A stretch of 64,000 nucleotides of DNA from a virus. Lineage: Duplodnaviria > Caudoviricetes. Within the stretch, counting starts at the first letter, position 1. Each line of letters begins with the position of its first letter. Location: positions 40,761 to 104,760 of IMG/VR virus record IMGVR_UViG_3300028591_000130. One strand, 5' to 3'. This document shows, piece after piece, positions 8,625-19,109 of the stretch. Position numbers and translations under genes: made by a program. The notes beneath the pieces are model-generated. The model was not told the origin of the DNA and did not search any database. It saw nothing but the letters and a program-made list of their open reading frames with translations.

Positions 8625-11441
8625 ATGGCAATCTTAATTAAACGAAACCAGATTGATGGTTTGGTAGCAATGTATGATCTGTTGCATCAGATCGACGAAA
8701 GCTATCCTGCGTCTAAAGTTACTACTGAAGTCGTTAAAACACCCGGTGACAGCAGTAATCCTCCGGTGTTGTATAATGCTGAAGATCTTGTTGAAGAGTT
8801 AAAAACTAACGTTGATAACATAATGGGTGGCGCCAACAATATCAGTCTTCCTGAACTTGAACGCGCCATTGGACAACTTAACGCAGAACTCAACGGCGGC
8901 AGTTATTATACTACTGTCGGCGGAACCAGCACGTCAGTTTTAGGTTTAAAGAATAAACCCATTAAAGACGTAGTACGCCTTGAATACAGCTGGATAGGAC
9001 CTTCGTCAGGAAGTACGGCTACTCTTGTAAACGGTGAGAAAACTGCTAATCTTACAAGCAGTGACTCAACTGTTGCAGATCAGAGTGACGTTCTTTATAA
9101 TACACAGCTTATTCCTTATACTGTTGAAGGTGAACGTATTGTTTCTTTTGAAAATAATACAGCAGGTGATATCACCTTTAATATCCAGACAGGAACATTC
9201 AGCAGTGATCCTTATATTATCGACTTTGAAGGTACGGTAGGATCTTACGGATCTAACAGGGAAACAGGGGCCGCTGTTGAGCCTGATCAAATTGTTTATA
9301 AACGTTTCCAAGGAACCAGCAGTGATCCTGTAAGATTTAAAGTATTCCCACGTGGCAAGTGGACTATTGAAGATCTTCCTACTAACGCACTTTTAGACAA
9401 TAACGAACTGCAGCTTATCGCTTATGATCAAGCCTTAAAAAAGGTCGTTATCCAACTTGCCAAAGATACCAATCTTGTTAACCGGATAATTGAAGCTGTA
9501 GGCGTTGAAGCTATTGATGAAGCTATTGCTGCTCACTCTCAAGTTATAGATAATCGTCTTGATCTTCTTGAAGGTGTAGCTACTCCTGACAATACAACCA
9601 TACCTGCAAGTGAACAAATAGGCAGAGCAGCAGTCAGATATCAGTATGTTCAAGGCGCACCTGCAAAAACTGCCACTGCTTATAACGCAACCGGTGTTGC
9701 GTCAACTGCTACAATTAACGCCAGCGCTGAGTCTGTTACAAAGACCACTGTAGTACCGACAAAGAAATATGTAGATGACGCTATCACAGAAATTAAAACT
9801 TATGCCGTAGGCAGCGTCAATGATACGCCTGCCATTAACAGTAGCGGCTACGTTACTTTAGGTACAGCATTTGCAGAAATCAACGGTATTAAAGACAAGA
9901 TGTTGTACAAAGATAAACTTATCGTTGGTGTCAAAAGCTCTCTTACTGCAAGCCAGGCTGTTACAAATAATACTATTGACGAAAAATCTCTTGTTACAAA
10001 ATTTGCCAGCGTTGACGCAAACCACGCATCGTTAAGAAGTGATTTTGATCACTTCGTTACAGATCCTGACACTGTTCCTAACTCAGCCAGAGATCTGTTT
10101 GTACAATTTAGCGATGACGTTATTAATACATTTACTAAGGTCACAAAAGTTAATGATACTTATACCTTTGTTGACGCTGATTCTGATCACCCTGACGTCA
10201 CAGGTATTAGAATCTTTAACGAAAAAACGTCAGAACTTATTGATACAATAAAAGAAAACGATGACTCGTCTTACAAATGGAAATATATTGTTACTGCTCC
10301 TTCGTATACCGCAGCTACTCCTGCTCTTGCTTATTCTTCTGAAGAATCACTTAGCAGCAATGGCGGTATTACAGCCAAACCACTGGAAACAGCAGCAAGT
10401 CAAAGTACAGCAGTTTTATCTGAGCAATACACACGTTATCTTATTAGAGAAGAAAAGGAACGTGCCAGCTATAACGAATTACACATCTATCAGGATGCTT
10501 ACTTGTGGAACAACATTACTAACGGAACTAAGGACACTGATAACGTGTCTGTTACTGTTCCTACGTTTAACAGTGTTACCGGTGCGGCAGGCAGTGATAC
10601 GCTAAAAACGGGCATAGCAACCGCAGCAAATGACAAGACTGTTGACGAAAAAACTCAAAGCATTAACGTACCTTCTGTTAAGTGGACACAGTATCGTATT
10701 GCAGAAGCCAAGAAGATTGCAGAGCTGAGAACAGAGGGTGTTAGAGACGAACTTCTTGCTCGTATAGCTTATGAACACGTTTACGCTGCTAACGCTCTTG
10801 CTGCTGCAGTTGAAGAACTTAATACTACAATAGCAGCGCTTGACGCCAAAACTTATGACTGGTCTCATATCGTAACAGCGAGCAGTCACGCTGCAATTAC
10901 CGACTCTGCAGGTGTAACTGTTCAAGCTGCCCTTAATGCTGAAACCGCTGTATCAGAAAATACGGCTACGGTATCTAAGCAGTATGTGGATCAACAACTT
11001 TTGGTACACAAGGCAGAAGCTATCGTTGAAGCACACAATATTGCTTATAATCTTGATCGTCGTCTTGACGTTGTTGAAGCTATTACTCCTATAAGAGAAA
11101 AACTTTCAGTTAATATTGTAAAAGATAGTGTAACCGGAGAGGTAACGTCAGAGACCTTTACATTATCGCAAATTCCACTTGACCTTAACGAACTTGTTGT
11201 TTCTGTTAACGGTGTTAACTATTACTATTTCGATCAAATCTTTACAGTCGCCCGTAACGCTAAGGTTGTTACGTGGAAACTTAAGAATGTCAATGGCAGT
11301 GCAGGCTTTAATCTTAGCGAAGTTCTTGATAATCCTGCTACAGTTGTTGCGTCATACAACTACGTTGCGACCAACAAGCTTACAAACAATAATTACGCAG
11401 ACAGCGCTCTTGCAACCGTACAAGTCGGTTTTATAGAGTAA
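8625..11441 (+). CDS. Large putative virion/fibre protein
   Basis: 938 aa; repeated (T/S)KxYVD fibre motifs; C-terminal FTLSQIP..VVSVNG module. Confidence 0.6.
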   Translation: MAILIKRNQIDGLVAMYDLLHQIDESYPASKVTTEVVKTPGDSSNPPVLYNAEDLVEELKTNVDNIMGGANNISLPELERAIGQLNAELNGGSYYTTVGGTSTSVLGLKNKPIKDVVRLEYSWIGPSSGSTATLVNGEKTANLTSSDSTVADQSDVLYNTQLIPYTVEGERIVSFENNTAGDITFNIQTGTFSSDPYIIDFEGTVGSYGSNRETGAAVEPDQIVYKRFQGTSSDPVRFKVFPRGKWTIEDLPTNALLDNNELQLIAYDQALKKVVIQLAKDTNLVNRIIEAVGVEAIDEAIAAHSQVIDNRLDLLEGVATPDNTTIPASEQIGRAAVRYQYVQGAPAKTATAYNATGVASTATINASAESVTKTTVVPTKKYVDDAITEIKTYAVGSVNDTPAINSSGYVTLGTAFAEINGIKDKMLYKDKLIVGVKSSLTASQAVTNNTIDEKSLVTKFASVDANHASLRSDFDHFVTDPDTVPNSARDLFVQFSDDVINTFTKVTKVNDTYTFVDADSDHPDVTGIRIFNEKTSELIDTIKENDDSSYKWKYIVTAPSYTAATPALAYSSEESLSSNGGITAKPLETAASQSTAVLSEQYTRYLIREEKERASYNELHIYQDAYLWNNITNGTKDTDNVSVTVPTFNSVTGAAGSDTLKTGIATAANDKTVDEKTQSINVPSVKWTQYRIAEAKKIAELRTEGVRDELLARIAYEHVYAANALAAAVEELNTTIAALDAKTYDWSHIVTASSHAAITDSAGVTVQAALNAETAVSENTATVSKQYVDQQLLVHKAEAIVEAHNIAYNLDRRLDVVEAITPIREKLSVNIVKDSVTGEVTSETFTLSQIPLDLNELVVSVNGVNYYYFDQIFTVARNAKVVTWKLKNVNGSAGFNLSEVLDNPATVVASYNYVATNKLTNNNYADSALATVQVGFIE

Positions 11442-11480
11442 AAGAAAATAACTGACAGTAAAATAACGCTTATCCTTTGA

Positions 11481-11540
11481 TATAATCCCAAAGCAAAAGA
11501 CGATCAAAAAATTTTGATCGTCTTTTGCTTTGGGATTATA
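11481..11540. repeat. Perfect 29-bp inverted repeat with 2-nt spacer
   Basis: TATAATCCCAAAGCAAAAGACGATCAAAA-AA-TTTTGATCGTCTTTTGCTTTGGGATTATA. Confidence 0.95.
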
Positions 11541-11598
11541 AAAAGGTAATACTGTTTTTAGAAACTTACAAGAGTTATAAGACAAGGAGGTTAGGGCT

Positions 11599-11952
11599 GT
11601 GGAGCAATATGCTATACAACTTTTTTCTGTCGTAATCAACATTATTCTTCTTTACGCTTTTAATAGATATAACGACAAACAAAAAGAAACATACAAGAAA
11701 CAAATTGCTATCGAAAACGGACTGCGCAGTTTACTGAGAGACAGGATTATTTACCAGTCATTGCACCATATCAAGGTCGGACTTGTGTCTGTTGAAGATA
11801 TCGACAATATAACTTCGTTGTATAACGCATATAAAGATCTTAACGGTAATGGTGCAGTAGACAACGTTTACAATAAACTGCTTTCTTTACCTACGGTTAC
11901 GTTACACTCAGAGATATCACACGGCAGTGAAACAGTAGTGCAAGAACACTGA
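11599..11952 (+). CDS. Holin-like membrane protein
   Basis: N-terminal TM helix, then LLRDRI...LYNAYKDLNGNG motif typical of small Firmicute phage holin-like proteins. Confidence 0.6.
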   Translation: MEQYAIQLFSVVINIILLYAFNRYNDKQKETYKKQIAIENGLRSLLRDRIIYQSLHHIKVGLVSVEDIDNITSLYNAYKDLNGNGAVDNVYNKLLSLPTVTLHSEISHGSETVVQEH

Positions 11953-11966
11953 GAGGAGGATATACC

Positions 11967-13643
11967 TTGGCTTCAACTGATTTTAGCGGTATTATCGGGA
12001 AAGGCGTAAGAAAGGTCAGTGAGCAAACTGTTCAAGAAGGTCGCGCTCTTATCATAACAGAAGAGAACGAAAATGAGTACTCATGGGAAGATATTCCTAA
12101 CGGTTCTCTTAAAGTTAACGGTTCTACAGGACTGATAATGATAAAAATAGCAGGTCAGTCTAACTGGGTACCGTCAAACATACGCCTTGATATCGCAAGA
12201 AACGAAGAAGGACAAATTCTTGATATCAACGGTAATGTAGTAACAGATCCTACCTATCTTGAAATTGTAGAACGTGCAGTATCACAAGGCGGGCATACTC
12301 TTTCTATAGCCAAAGACGCAATTATAACAAGAGAGAATTTTACTATTGTTGAAACTGACTTGCCACACAATAAGTTTACTTACAGAGATGAAAATGATCG
12401 TCTTTATTATAGCGATCAAAATGACAGAGGATTTTGGTTCGAACTAAAGAAAGGACATTACGCACCGGGACGTAATATGATCGAAGTAACGATAGATGAC
12501 GTATTGGTTCGTTCAGCAGCTACCGGAGGAATAACAGAGATATCAGAAACAAGATTTATAATGCCTGAAAAGCTTGAACCCGGTATGGAACTCACGGTGC
12601 GTTACTATCAACTTAACAGGATAGGTAATCCATATCCGCGTATTTATCTTAGAAAAGGCAACTACTCTGTTGATCAAGAAAGTTACGAAACTCTAACTGG
12701 TACTGATGATTCTTGCACTCCTGAAAATGCAGAAATAGGTGATATCTGGTTCGACTATAACAGTAATCCTGAGAATGTTGACAGCTTTTTAGGTGATATC
12801 AGACCTGAAGACGTAATATCATATGACAGGATAGCAGGAATGCCCGCTACTGTAGCTGATGCTGCTGCCAAAGGATTAATGGTTGACGCAGTTGCAAAAG
12901 GCCACAGACACAGTGCAGGAGAAATTATAGATCTTGACTTTCAGGTACAAAACCTGGTTAACGAAGCCTTAAAGAGAAAGACGTTACCTGCAGTACCTTA
13001 CGCACAGTCAGCGGGAATGGCTACAACGTCAATGAATACGATGTGTCTTAACGGCAACGTTGTAGGATTACAAAAAGGCAACATAGTTGCTGTAGGAGCC
13101 AACGGTTTCATTTCTGACAAGTTGATATCATATAACTGCAGATCGATATCCAAAATGGTAGACTACTCTATCCATATGAACAACGTTAAGAAGTTGATAT
13201 CAAGCTTATTGCCAAGGGGTACTATCGTCGCTTGGTATGGTTCGCCAGATAATATTCCTGAAGGATGGGCTATTTGCGACGGAGAAGAACATACGGCTAC
13301 TGACGGCATTACAAAGGTCTTAACACCCGATCTGCGCGGAAGATGTATTATGGGTGTTGATGACAGGAATTACGATAACAACAAGTTTAAAACTTGGGGC
13401 TCAATTCTTGAAGCGGGATTACCGAACATAGCAGGCGAGATAGGCGGAAGCGGATCTCAAGAGAGCGGTATAGTCGGCGGTGCCTTTTACGTTAACCAAA
13501 GTACGGGTGCACCCGGTGTTAATGATACCAGCTACGGACAGAAGATAAGCTTTAGTGCTACAAGATCGGATCCAATTTACGGCAGAAGTGATACCGTACA
13601 ACCTCCTGCAGTAACACTCTATTATATTATGAGAACAGACTAA
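11967..13643 (+). CDS. Tail fibre protein with tail-collar domain
   Basis: C-terminal LPRGTIVAWYG...PEGWAICDG...TPDLRGRCIMG...LPNIAG...VQPPAVTLYYIMR. Confidence 0.8.
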   Translation: MASTDFSGIIGKGVRKVSEQTVQEGRALIITEENENEYSWEDIPNGSLKVNGSTGLIMIKIAGQSNWVPSNIRLDIARNEEGQILDINGNVVTDPTYLEIVERAVSQGGHTLSIAKDAIITRENFTIVETDLPHNKFTYRDENDRLYYSDQNDRGFWFELKKGHYAPGRNMIEVTIDDVLVRSAATGGITEISETRFIMPEKLEPGMELTVRYYQLNRIGNPYPRIYLRKGNYSVDQESYETLTGTDDSCTPENAEIGDIWFDYNSNPENVDSFLGDIRPEDVISYDRIAGMPATVADAAAKGLMVDAVAKGHRHSAGEIIDLDFQVQNLVNEALKRKTLPAVPYAQSAGMATTSMNTMCLNGNVVGLQKGNIVAVGANGFISDKLISYNCRSISKMVDYSIHMNNVKKLISSLLPRGTIVAWYGSPDNIPEGWAICDGEEHTATDGITKVLTPDLRGRCIMGVDDRNYDNNKFKTWGSILEAGLPNIAGEIGGSGSQESGIVGGAFYVNQSTGAPGVNDTSYGQKISFSATRSDPIYGRSDTVQPPAVTLYYIMRTD

Positions 13644-13663
13644 AAGAAAGGAGGGTATAGATA

Positions 13664-15148
13664 GTGAAAAGCGTTAACAAAATTAGGGCACGTGACCTGG
13701 ATTCTGACTTTTTGTTAGATATTTACGGCAGTAAAACAGCAGGGCAACTTCAAACGTTATTGTCAGGTTATCTTAAAAAAACTGATCGTGTTAACCGAAA
13801 CAGTTTGCCTGAGGATTACGTTAATGATATCGATAATCAAATTAAAGCAGTTCAAGGTGATATAGCTGATATCAAAGACGAATACCGTAAAAAAGATGTA
13901 GCCATTAACCTCAGTGACCTTGATCAAAATGTAGTTGATATCATTAATGGACTCTCTTACTTTATCCAGAACGTCAGAACTGACAGAGGTAATACCTTAG
14001 TAGCAGAAACTTCAACAGGACAAAGAGCTATCAAGGTAAGAGATAACACAGGTGAAGAACATATAGTTATTCTTCCCGATACTTACTATGAACGTTCTGA
14101 CGAAGCAGTTAGTCTTCAACTTATGGCTGACAGAGTCAGACAACTGCAACTAAGGTTTACAGTTCTTGAAGAAACCATTAAGGCTGTTATAAAAAGACTT
14201 GACGGATTACCTGCTCCTACTATTGATACGTCATTGCCTTATTATCCCGGGGGCGGTGACAGTATGATTCTTCCCCCTTATGATACACAAGGTACTGTTA
14301 CTTCTTCTTTGAGTATTTCTTCTGATTATGAAACGTTAATAAATGAAGTTAGTGATTTCCTTTATGGTGACGGAAGCTCTTCTCTGTCTTTTATCAACAA
14401 CAAAATAGGGCGTCTTCAAACTTCTGTTACTAACCTTGAAGGCAAGGTGAGCTCAGGTATCAAACGTACCAGTCTTGAAAGCAGCGTACAAAACGATCTT
14501 AACAGGATATCGGAATTTGCAACAAGAATAGGTAATCTTGAGATTACAAAAATGACGGAACCTACTCTTGATAAAAGCGGTTATTTTTACTGTAATCGCA
14601 GTAGTGACAATAGCACTATATCCTTACGAACACCTGTCATACGGGCACTTTTATGTTACGACAACAGTTCTGTAACAAGTGCGATATCTACTATGGAACC
14701 TTACATTATTGACTGCACACAAGGTATAGTGTACAACTACAACAGCACTACAAACACTTACCTTAGCAAGAGCCTGTCTGAATCAACCTTGTATGATAAT
14801 CTCTTTGTAATGGACGTAACTACTAACATTATCGAATATATTATCATAGACGGCACGCTGGCTAAACTTAATAACGGTAAAAACAGTGCAACTAACATAG
14901 GCGCAAGCAGTATCAGTACACGAACGGTTACTATAGCAAGCAATAACTCTGAACGGATAGGACGTGTTAATAACCTTAAAAAGTATCCGCCTACAGTTCT
15001 TGTTTACGATAACGACATAACAAGTCGTACTAATGGCAGTTATATTAATAATGAAGGCGTCATTACGATATCTCATAATACTGACAGCTTTGTAGTTTAT
15101 AACGACAGCGATAAGACAATTGAAGTACTGATAATAATGGGGGATTAA
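13664..15148 (+). CDS. Putative virion protein
   Basis: 494 aa, strong RBS, coiled-coil segments, in the structural block. Confidence 0.55.
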   Translation: MKSVNKIRARDLDSDFLLDIYGSKTAGQLQTLLSGYLKKTDRVNRNSLPEDYVNDIDNQIKAVQGDIADIKDEYRKKDVAINLSDLDQNVVDIINGLSYFIQNVRTDRGNTLVAETSTGQRAIKVRDNTGEEHIVILPDTYYERSDEAVSLQLMADRVRQLQLRFTVLEETIKAVIKRLDGLPAPTIDTSLPYYPGGGDSMILPPYDTQGTVTSSLSISSDYETLINEVSDFLYGDGSSSLSFINNKIGRLQTSVTNLEGKVSSGIKRTSLESSVQNDLNRISEFATRIGNLEITKMTEPTLDKSGYFYCNRSSDNSTISLRTPVIRALLCYDNSSVTSAISTMEPYIIDCTQGIVYNYNSTTNTYLSKSLSESTLYDNLFVMDVTTNIIEYIIIDGTLAKLNNGKNSATNIGASSISTRTVTIASNNSERIGRVNNLKKYPPTVLVYDNDITSRTNGSYINNEGVITISHNTDSFVVYNDSDKTIEVLIIMGD

Positions 15149-15152
15149 CGAT

Positions 15153-18100
15153 ATGATAATAAAAGTAGCTACAGGCAAAGATGAGAATAATAACATACAA
15201 TGGACGCCACTTTATGCTGCAGCTATAAGAAACAGACTCAGAAGAGATAATAACTTGTCTGACGTTACTGACATTGTTGCAGCAAGAGAGAATCTTGGTA
15301 TCGACAGTAACTTTGTATCCATATTTCAATCTTTTAAAGACGATATCACACAGTACGTTAACGAACAAATTATGAAAGAAGGGGAAGATGTGGCGACAGT
15401 ACTTGCACAGATAAGCGATATCTTAACTGCACTTACTCTAAGATTGTCAAGCTGGGAAAATGCACTTACTACTAACTGGGGCGGCAGTAGCGTAGATCTT
15501 GAAAACTATTTATATTACGTAGGTGAGATGGCTAACTTTCCCGAAAGTCCTCAAGTTGGTTGGACTGTTTGTATTGACGGGATTATTTATCTCTATACCG
15601 GCAGTGCTTGGGTACAACTTAACGGAACTATTACTGCCGGTGGTGGATCCGGTACTATAGAAGGTGGCGGAGGATCTGGTATTCTTCCTTATCCTGCAGT
15701 TAAATACGATAACTATAGTATACCTAAGGTGACAGAAACATTCCCCGTTCTCGTTGACGCTGATCAGTGCAGGTACAGACTAATATTCCCGCTTGAAGCT
15801 GCACCTACTACAGAACAAGGTCTAATGATATCAGGATATAACACAAGAGAAGCATATACTCACTACGTCAAAGGACGTTTCGCTATGCACGGCAGCAATG
15901 CTGTTTTATATCTCCCTAAAAGTTTTGCTATCCAAAATAACGACCGTGCTATGACACAAAGAATATTTCCTCCTGAAGGTGTGACAAGAGACCCCATAGA
16001 CATATCTAATGATCTTACTTTTGAGTATGACGCGATGCCACCAAGTTCACAATATATAGTTGTAAGACTTACAAGCAGTGTGCTGAATTCTATAAGAGAC
16101 ACTTGGGGGATGGCAAATATAACGGGTATGCGTTTAGTTCTTGATTACAGTTACGCACAAGGATTAGCAGTAGGCAGTGACGTTACGGTTAAAATTTATC
16201 GTTTTGTACCGGAAGGAGAAAGTCCGTTATCTAATGAAAGTACTATTTTGCCAAAAAGTGACTTATGGAAAATGTGGCTGTCTGACGATGAACTAAGATT
16301 GTCAGAACCTACTGCAAGTTATAACAGTACATTATCTTATGTACTTAACGGACAATATCCGATTGAATGGCAAGAAGCTGTTAACGTTAGTGCACAATAT
16401 GCGTCACCTCTTTCTTACAGCTATAGTCTGTTAGGTGAACCTATGTTAAGACTAAGCGATATATCAACAACAACAGCTATTTATCGTAGTTTTAGTAACG
16501 CCGCTTATACTAACTTGGCTATAGCTTGTTGGAGTGAGACAGAAAAAAAAGGCGAAGATGACGACATTAAACCATTACCTGTTACGACATTGCCACCTTT
16601 TCAGGAGCCTTCTACGTGGATAACAATTTGTCAAGGTATCGACGAACCTGTTGGTGACGATGAAACACTTGTCAGTCTTGAGTTTGAGATTTTCGCTCAT
16701 AAACAGGTTAACAAGGTTTTTGCTGTTCAAGAAAATTTAAATCTTTCTGTTGACCACACACGGCTTTATCAATGGGGTACTAACAAAAATAGTAATTACT
16801 TATCTCTTTATCTTCCTGCTGACTTTATGACGAAACGTGGTGCTAACCGTGATATCACATTTGAACTGTTAGACGGAGTTGATGATAGCTATATACCGAA
16901 AATTTTCTTACTGCCGTCAGAATACGGTAAGATGTATGTTAACTGGTCTCTATATAATAATACCTTCCCTGGTGTTAACGAAAGTTTAAGAGAAATACCT
17001 TATGCACAACTGTCTGACTATAAAGACGATTCAAGTTGGCAACCGTTTACTTACGTTATGAAGAAAACAAATGATGGTGAACAAGTTATTATCAGTATAG
17101 ATAAAAATTTAGTAAACACTTATGTTAATGATCTACCATACGATATCACAAATCTTGCTTTTGACTCTACGGGAAAGTATATGTATACCAGTACAGGAGG
17201 CTATGGCACGCATCAAACTAATAAAAGATTATTGTTGCAATGGAAAGTTAAGAGACATACAACTGGACAAGCATATTACTACGAAAAGTATATGTGGCAA
17301 CATAAAGATCAAGCTTTATCTAAAACAAGTGCATGTTTTGATGTTATAGCAAAACAGGGAACAGAAACTACAAGGTACAATAAAATTGTAACACCTATAG
17401 ATGCCAAAAATAAACTCGAAGATGGTAACGCAGCTTACGGACAAATTACTATTTCCGATGGTGATGTTTCTTGGAAGTACAGTGATAGCAGCCATATTCG
17501 AGTAGTTAGCAATGGTGATACAACAAACACAACTACAAGAATAAGAACTTTGTCATATGCACCTGTCAATAACGTAACAAACTTTTATTACGAACCTGAA
17601 AATCTTTACGTTCGTCTCATTTACAATAAATTGCTCAATCACTTCGGTTCTGTTAGTGATCCTCCACCAAAAGAACCGGATCCGCCACCTTCACCGTCAC
17701 CAGGTATTGTTCTTGGTATTGATAAAAAGTTTGACGATGGCTTCCCTGACCTTCTCGATATCTGTAAATATACTTTACCTGCGCGTAACTATAAGTTTAT
17801 TTTTACCCTTGAAGATTATAGCCCGAATATATTGAAATACGGATATAACGCTTATAGAATACAATCACACAATACAAAACATAGCAGTGTATCAGATATT
17901 ACTCAATGTGATGGCACTGAGGGCGCTTACACACAACGAAAACACCAGGTTAGTGGACGTTTTATGTATAACCAACGTGTAGACAGACTAGACAATACGT
18001 CACCCCCTGCTTTAGGTGCGTCATTGTTTTTGCCTGAGAGCTTTTTCGATGAAGCTGTATACGAAGAGATGTTCATTGCAATAAGAGCACCACAAGGTAT

Positions 18101-19091
18101 AGCTACAACTACAGTTAATCTTTATAATTCTACTACTAAACCAAAAGATTTTATATGGTTACGTAACGCAGATAAAGATAATGACGAAGCTCCCAGTGAC
18201 GGATCTATTGTTGTTTATAAGACAACAAGTAAACATAAACTTACTTGGTCTTCAACTTGTACATATCAAACTTATAAGTCAACTGATAAGTTTTCAGAGA
18301 GAACACCATATCCGGGATACCGTGTTATCCATGTGCCTCAAGAAACTTTAGACAGAATAACAGGTGGATGGAATTGCAACGTATCTAAAAAGAATCTTAG
18401 TAACTTACAGTTAATGATATCATATACCTTGAAATCAAGCATTTTTAGTGATCTTGAGTTACCTAAAGACCAAATGAATAAGATTAGGTCGCGACAAGTA
18501 GTTGTTAGGAATCTTGTTGCAGAATTTTTCAAAGATAATTATACGAGCTTATATACTACCGAACGGAAAAGCGCCATAGATCAAGCGAATGATGCACAAA
18601 CTATGAAACACTTTGTTTTTGCAGGAACTAAGGGTAATAATAACGGTGGTTTATCTCTAGAATGGCCTGGGCAAATTAGTCTCGGTTATAGCAATCGAGG
18701 AGTTCCACGTATTATTTTGCCTTACGAGATAAATAATTACAGTGTAATTTTGCAAAACAGATATATAGCAGGTGCTAGCGTTGTAACATGGTTGACTAAT
18801 GATGCTACACGTAAAACCTTACACTTAATACCGGGCAAAACTGATATGTCTAAAATATTGCCTGGACAATATTATGATATGTCACAATTATCTTCTGTTA
18901 ACAGATTCGTATTTGACGACCAGTATGATCCTTCTTCAAAAGAGTACTATATGGATGCTTTTTATAGTCATATATGGATTATTCCTCAGTCAAGATATCC
19001 GGACGGGATAGATACTGATGCCTTCTATATGAACGAAAGTACTGTCGGTAAGTTTCACAATACTGCTATGATAATTTATGAAGAACCTTAA
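15153..19091 (+). CDS. Large putative tail fibre/receptor-binding protein
   Basis: 1312 aa; NNLSDVTDIVAARENLGI fibre motif; Gly-rich and Pro-rich linkers; internal repeated domain. Confidence 0.6.
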   Translation: MIIKVATGKDENNNIQWTPLYAAAIRNRLRRDNNLSDVTDIVAARENLGIDSNFVSIFQSFKDDITQYVNEQIMKEGEDVATVLAQISDILTALTLRLSSWENALTTNWGGSSVDLENYLYYVGEMANFPESPQVGWTVCIDGIIYLYTGSAWVQLNGTITAGGGSGTIEGGGGSGILPYPAVKYDNYSIPKVTETFPVLVDADQCRYRLIFPLEAAPTTEQGLMISGYNTREAYTHYVKGRFAMHGSNAVLYLPKSFAIQNNDRAMTQRIFPPEGVTRDPIDISNDLTFEYDAMPPSSQYIVVRLTSSVLNSIRDTWGMANITGMRLVLDYSYAQGLAVGSDVTVKIYRFVPEGESPLSNESTILPKSDLWKMWLSDDELRLSEPTASYNSTLSYVLNGQYPIEWQEAVNVSAQYASPLSYSYSLLGEPMLRLSDISTTTAIYRSFSNAAYTNLAIACWSETEKKGEDDDIKPLPVTTLPPFQEPSTWITICQGIDEPVGDDETLVSLEFEIFAHKQVNKVFAVQENLNLSVDHTRLYQWGTNKNSNYLSLYLPADFMTKRGANRDITFELLDGVDDSYIPKIFLLPSEYGKMYVNWSLYNNTFPGVNESLREIPYAQLSDYKDDSSWQPFTYVMKKTNDGEQVIISIDKNLVNTYVNDLPYDITNLAFDSTGKYMYTSTGGYGTHQTNKRLLLQWKVKRHTTGQAYYYEKYMWQHKDQALSKTSACFDVIAKQGTETTRYNKIVTPIDAKNKLEDGNAAYGQITISDGDVSWKYSDSSHIRVVSNGDTTNTTTRIRTLSYAPVNNVTNFYYEPENLYVRLIYNKLLNHFGSVSDPPPKEPDPPPSPSPGIVLGIDKKFDDGFPDLLDICKYTLPARNYKFIFTLEDYSPNILKYGYNAYRIQSHNTKHSSVSDITQCDGTEGAYTQRKHQVSGRFMYNQRVDRLDNTSPPALGASLFLPESFFDEAVYEEMFIAIRAPQGIATTTVNLYNSTTKPKDFIWLRNADKDNDEAPSDGSIVVYKTTSKHKLTWSSTCTYQTYKSTDKFSERTPYPGYRVIHVPQETLDRITGGWNCNVSKKNLSNLQLMISYTLKSSIFSDLELPKDQMNKIRSRQVVVRNLVAEFFKDNYTSLYTTERKSAIDQANDAQTMKHFVFAGTKGNNNGGLSLEWPGQISLGYSNRGVPRIILPYEINNYSVILQNRYIAGASVVTWLTNDATRKTLHLIPGKTDMSKILPGQYYDMSQLSSVNRFVFDDQYDPSSKEYYMDAFYSHIWIIPQSRYPDGIDTDAFYMNESTVGKFHNTAMIIYEEP

Positions 19092-19109
19092 GATCGGAGT
19101 TGATATTTA

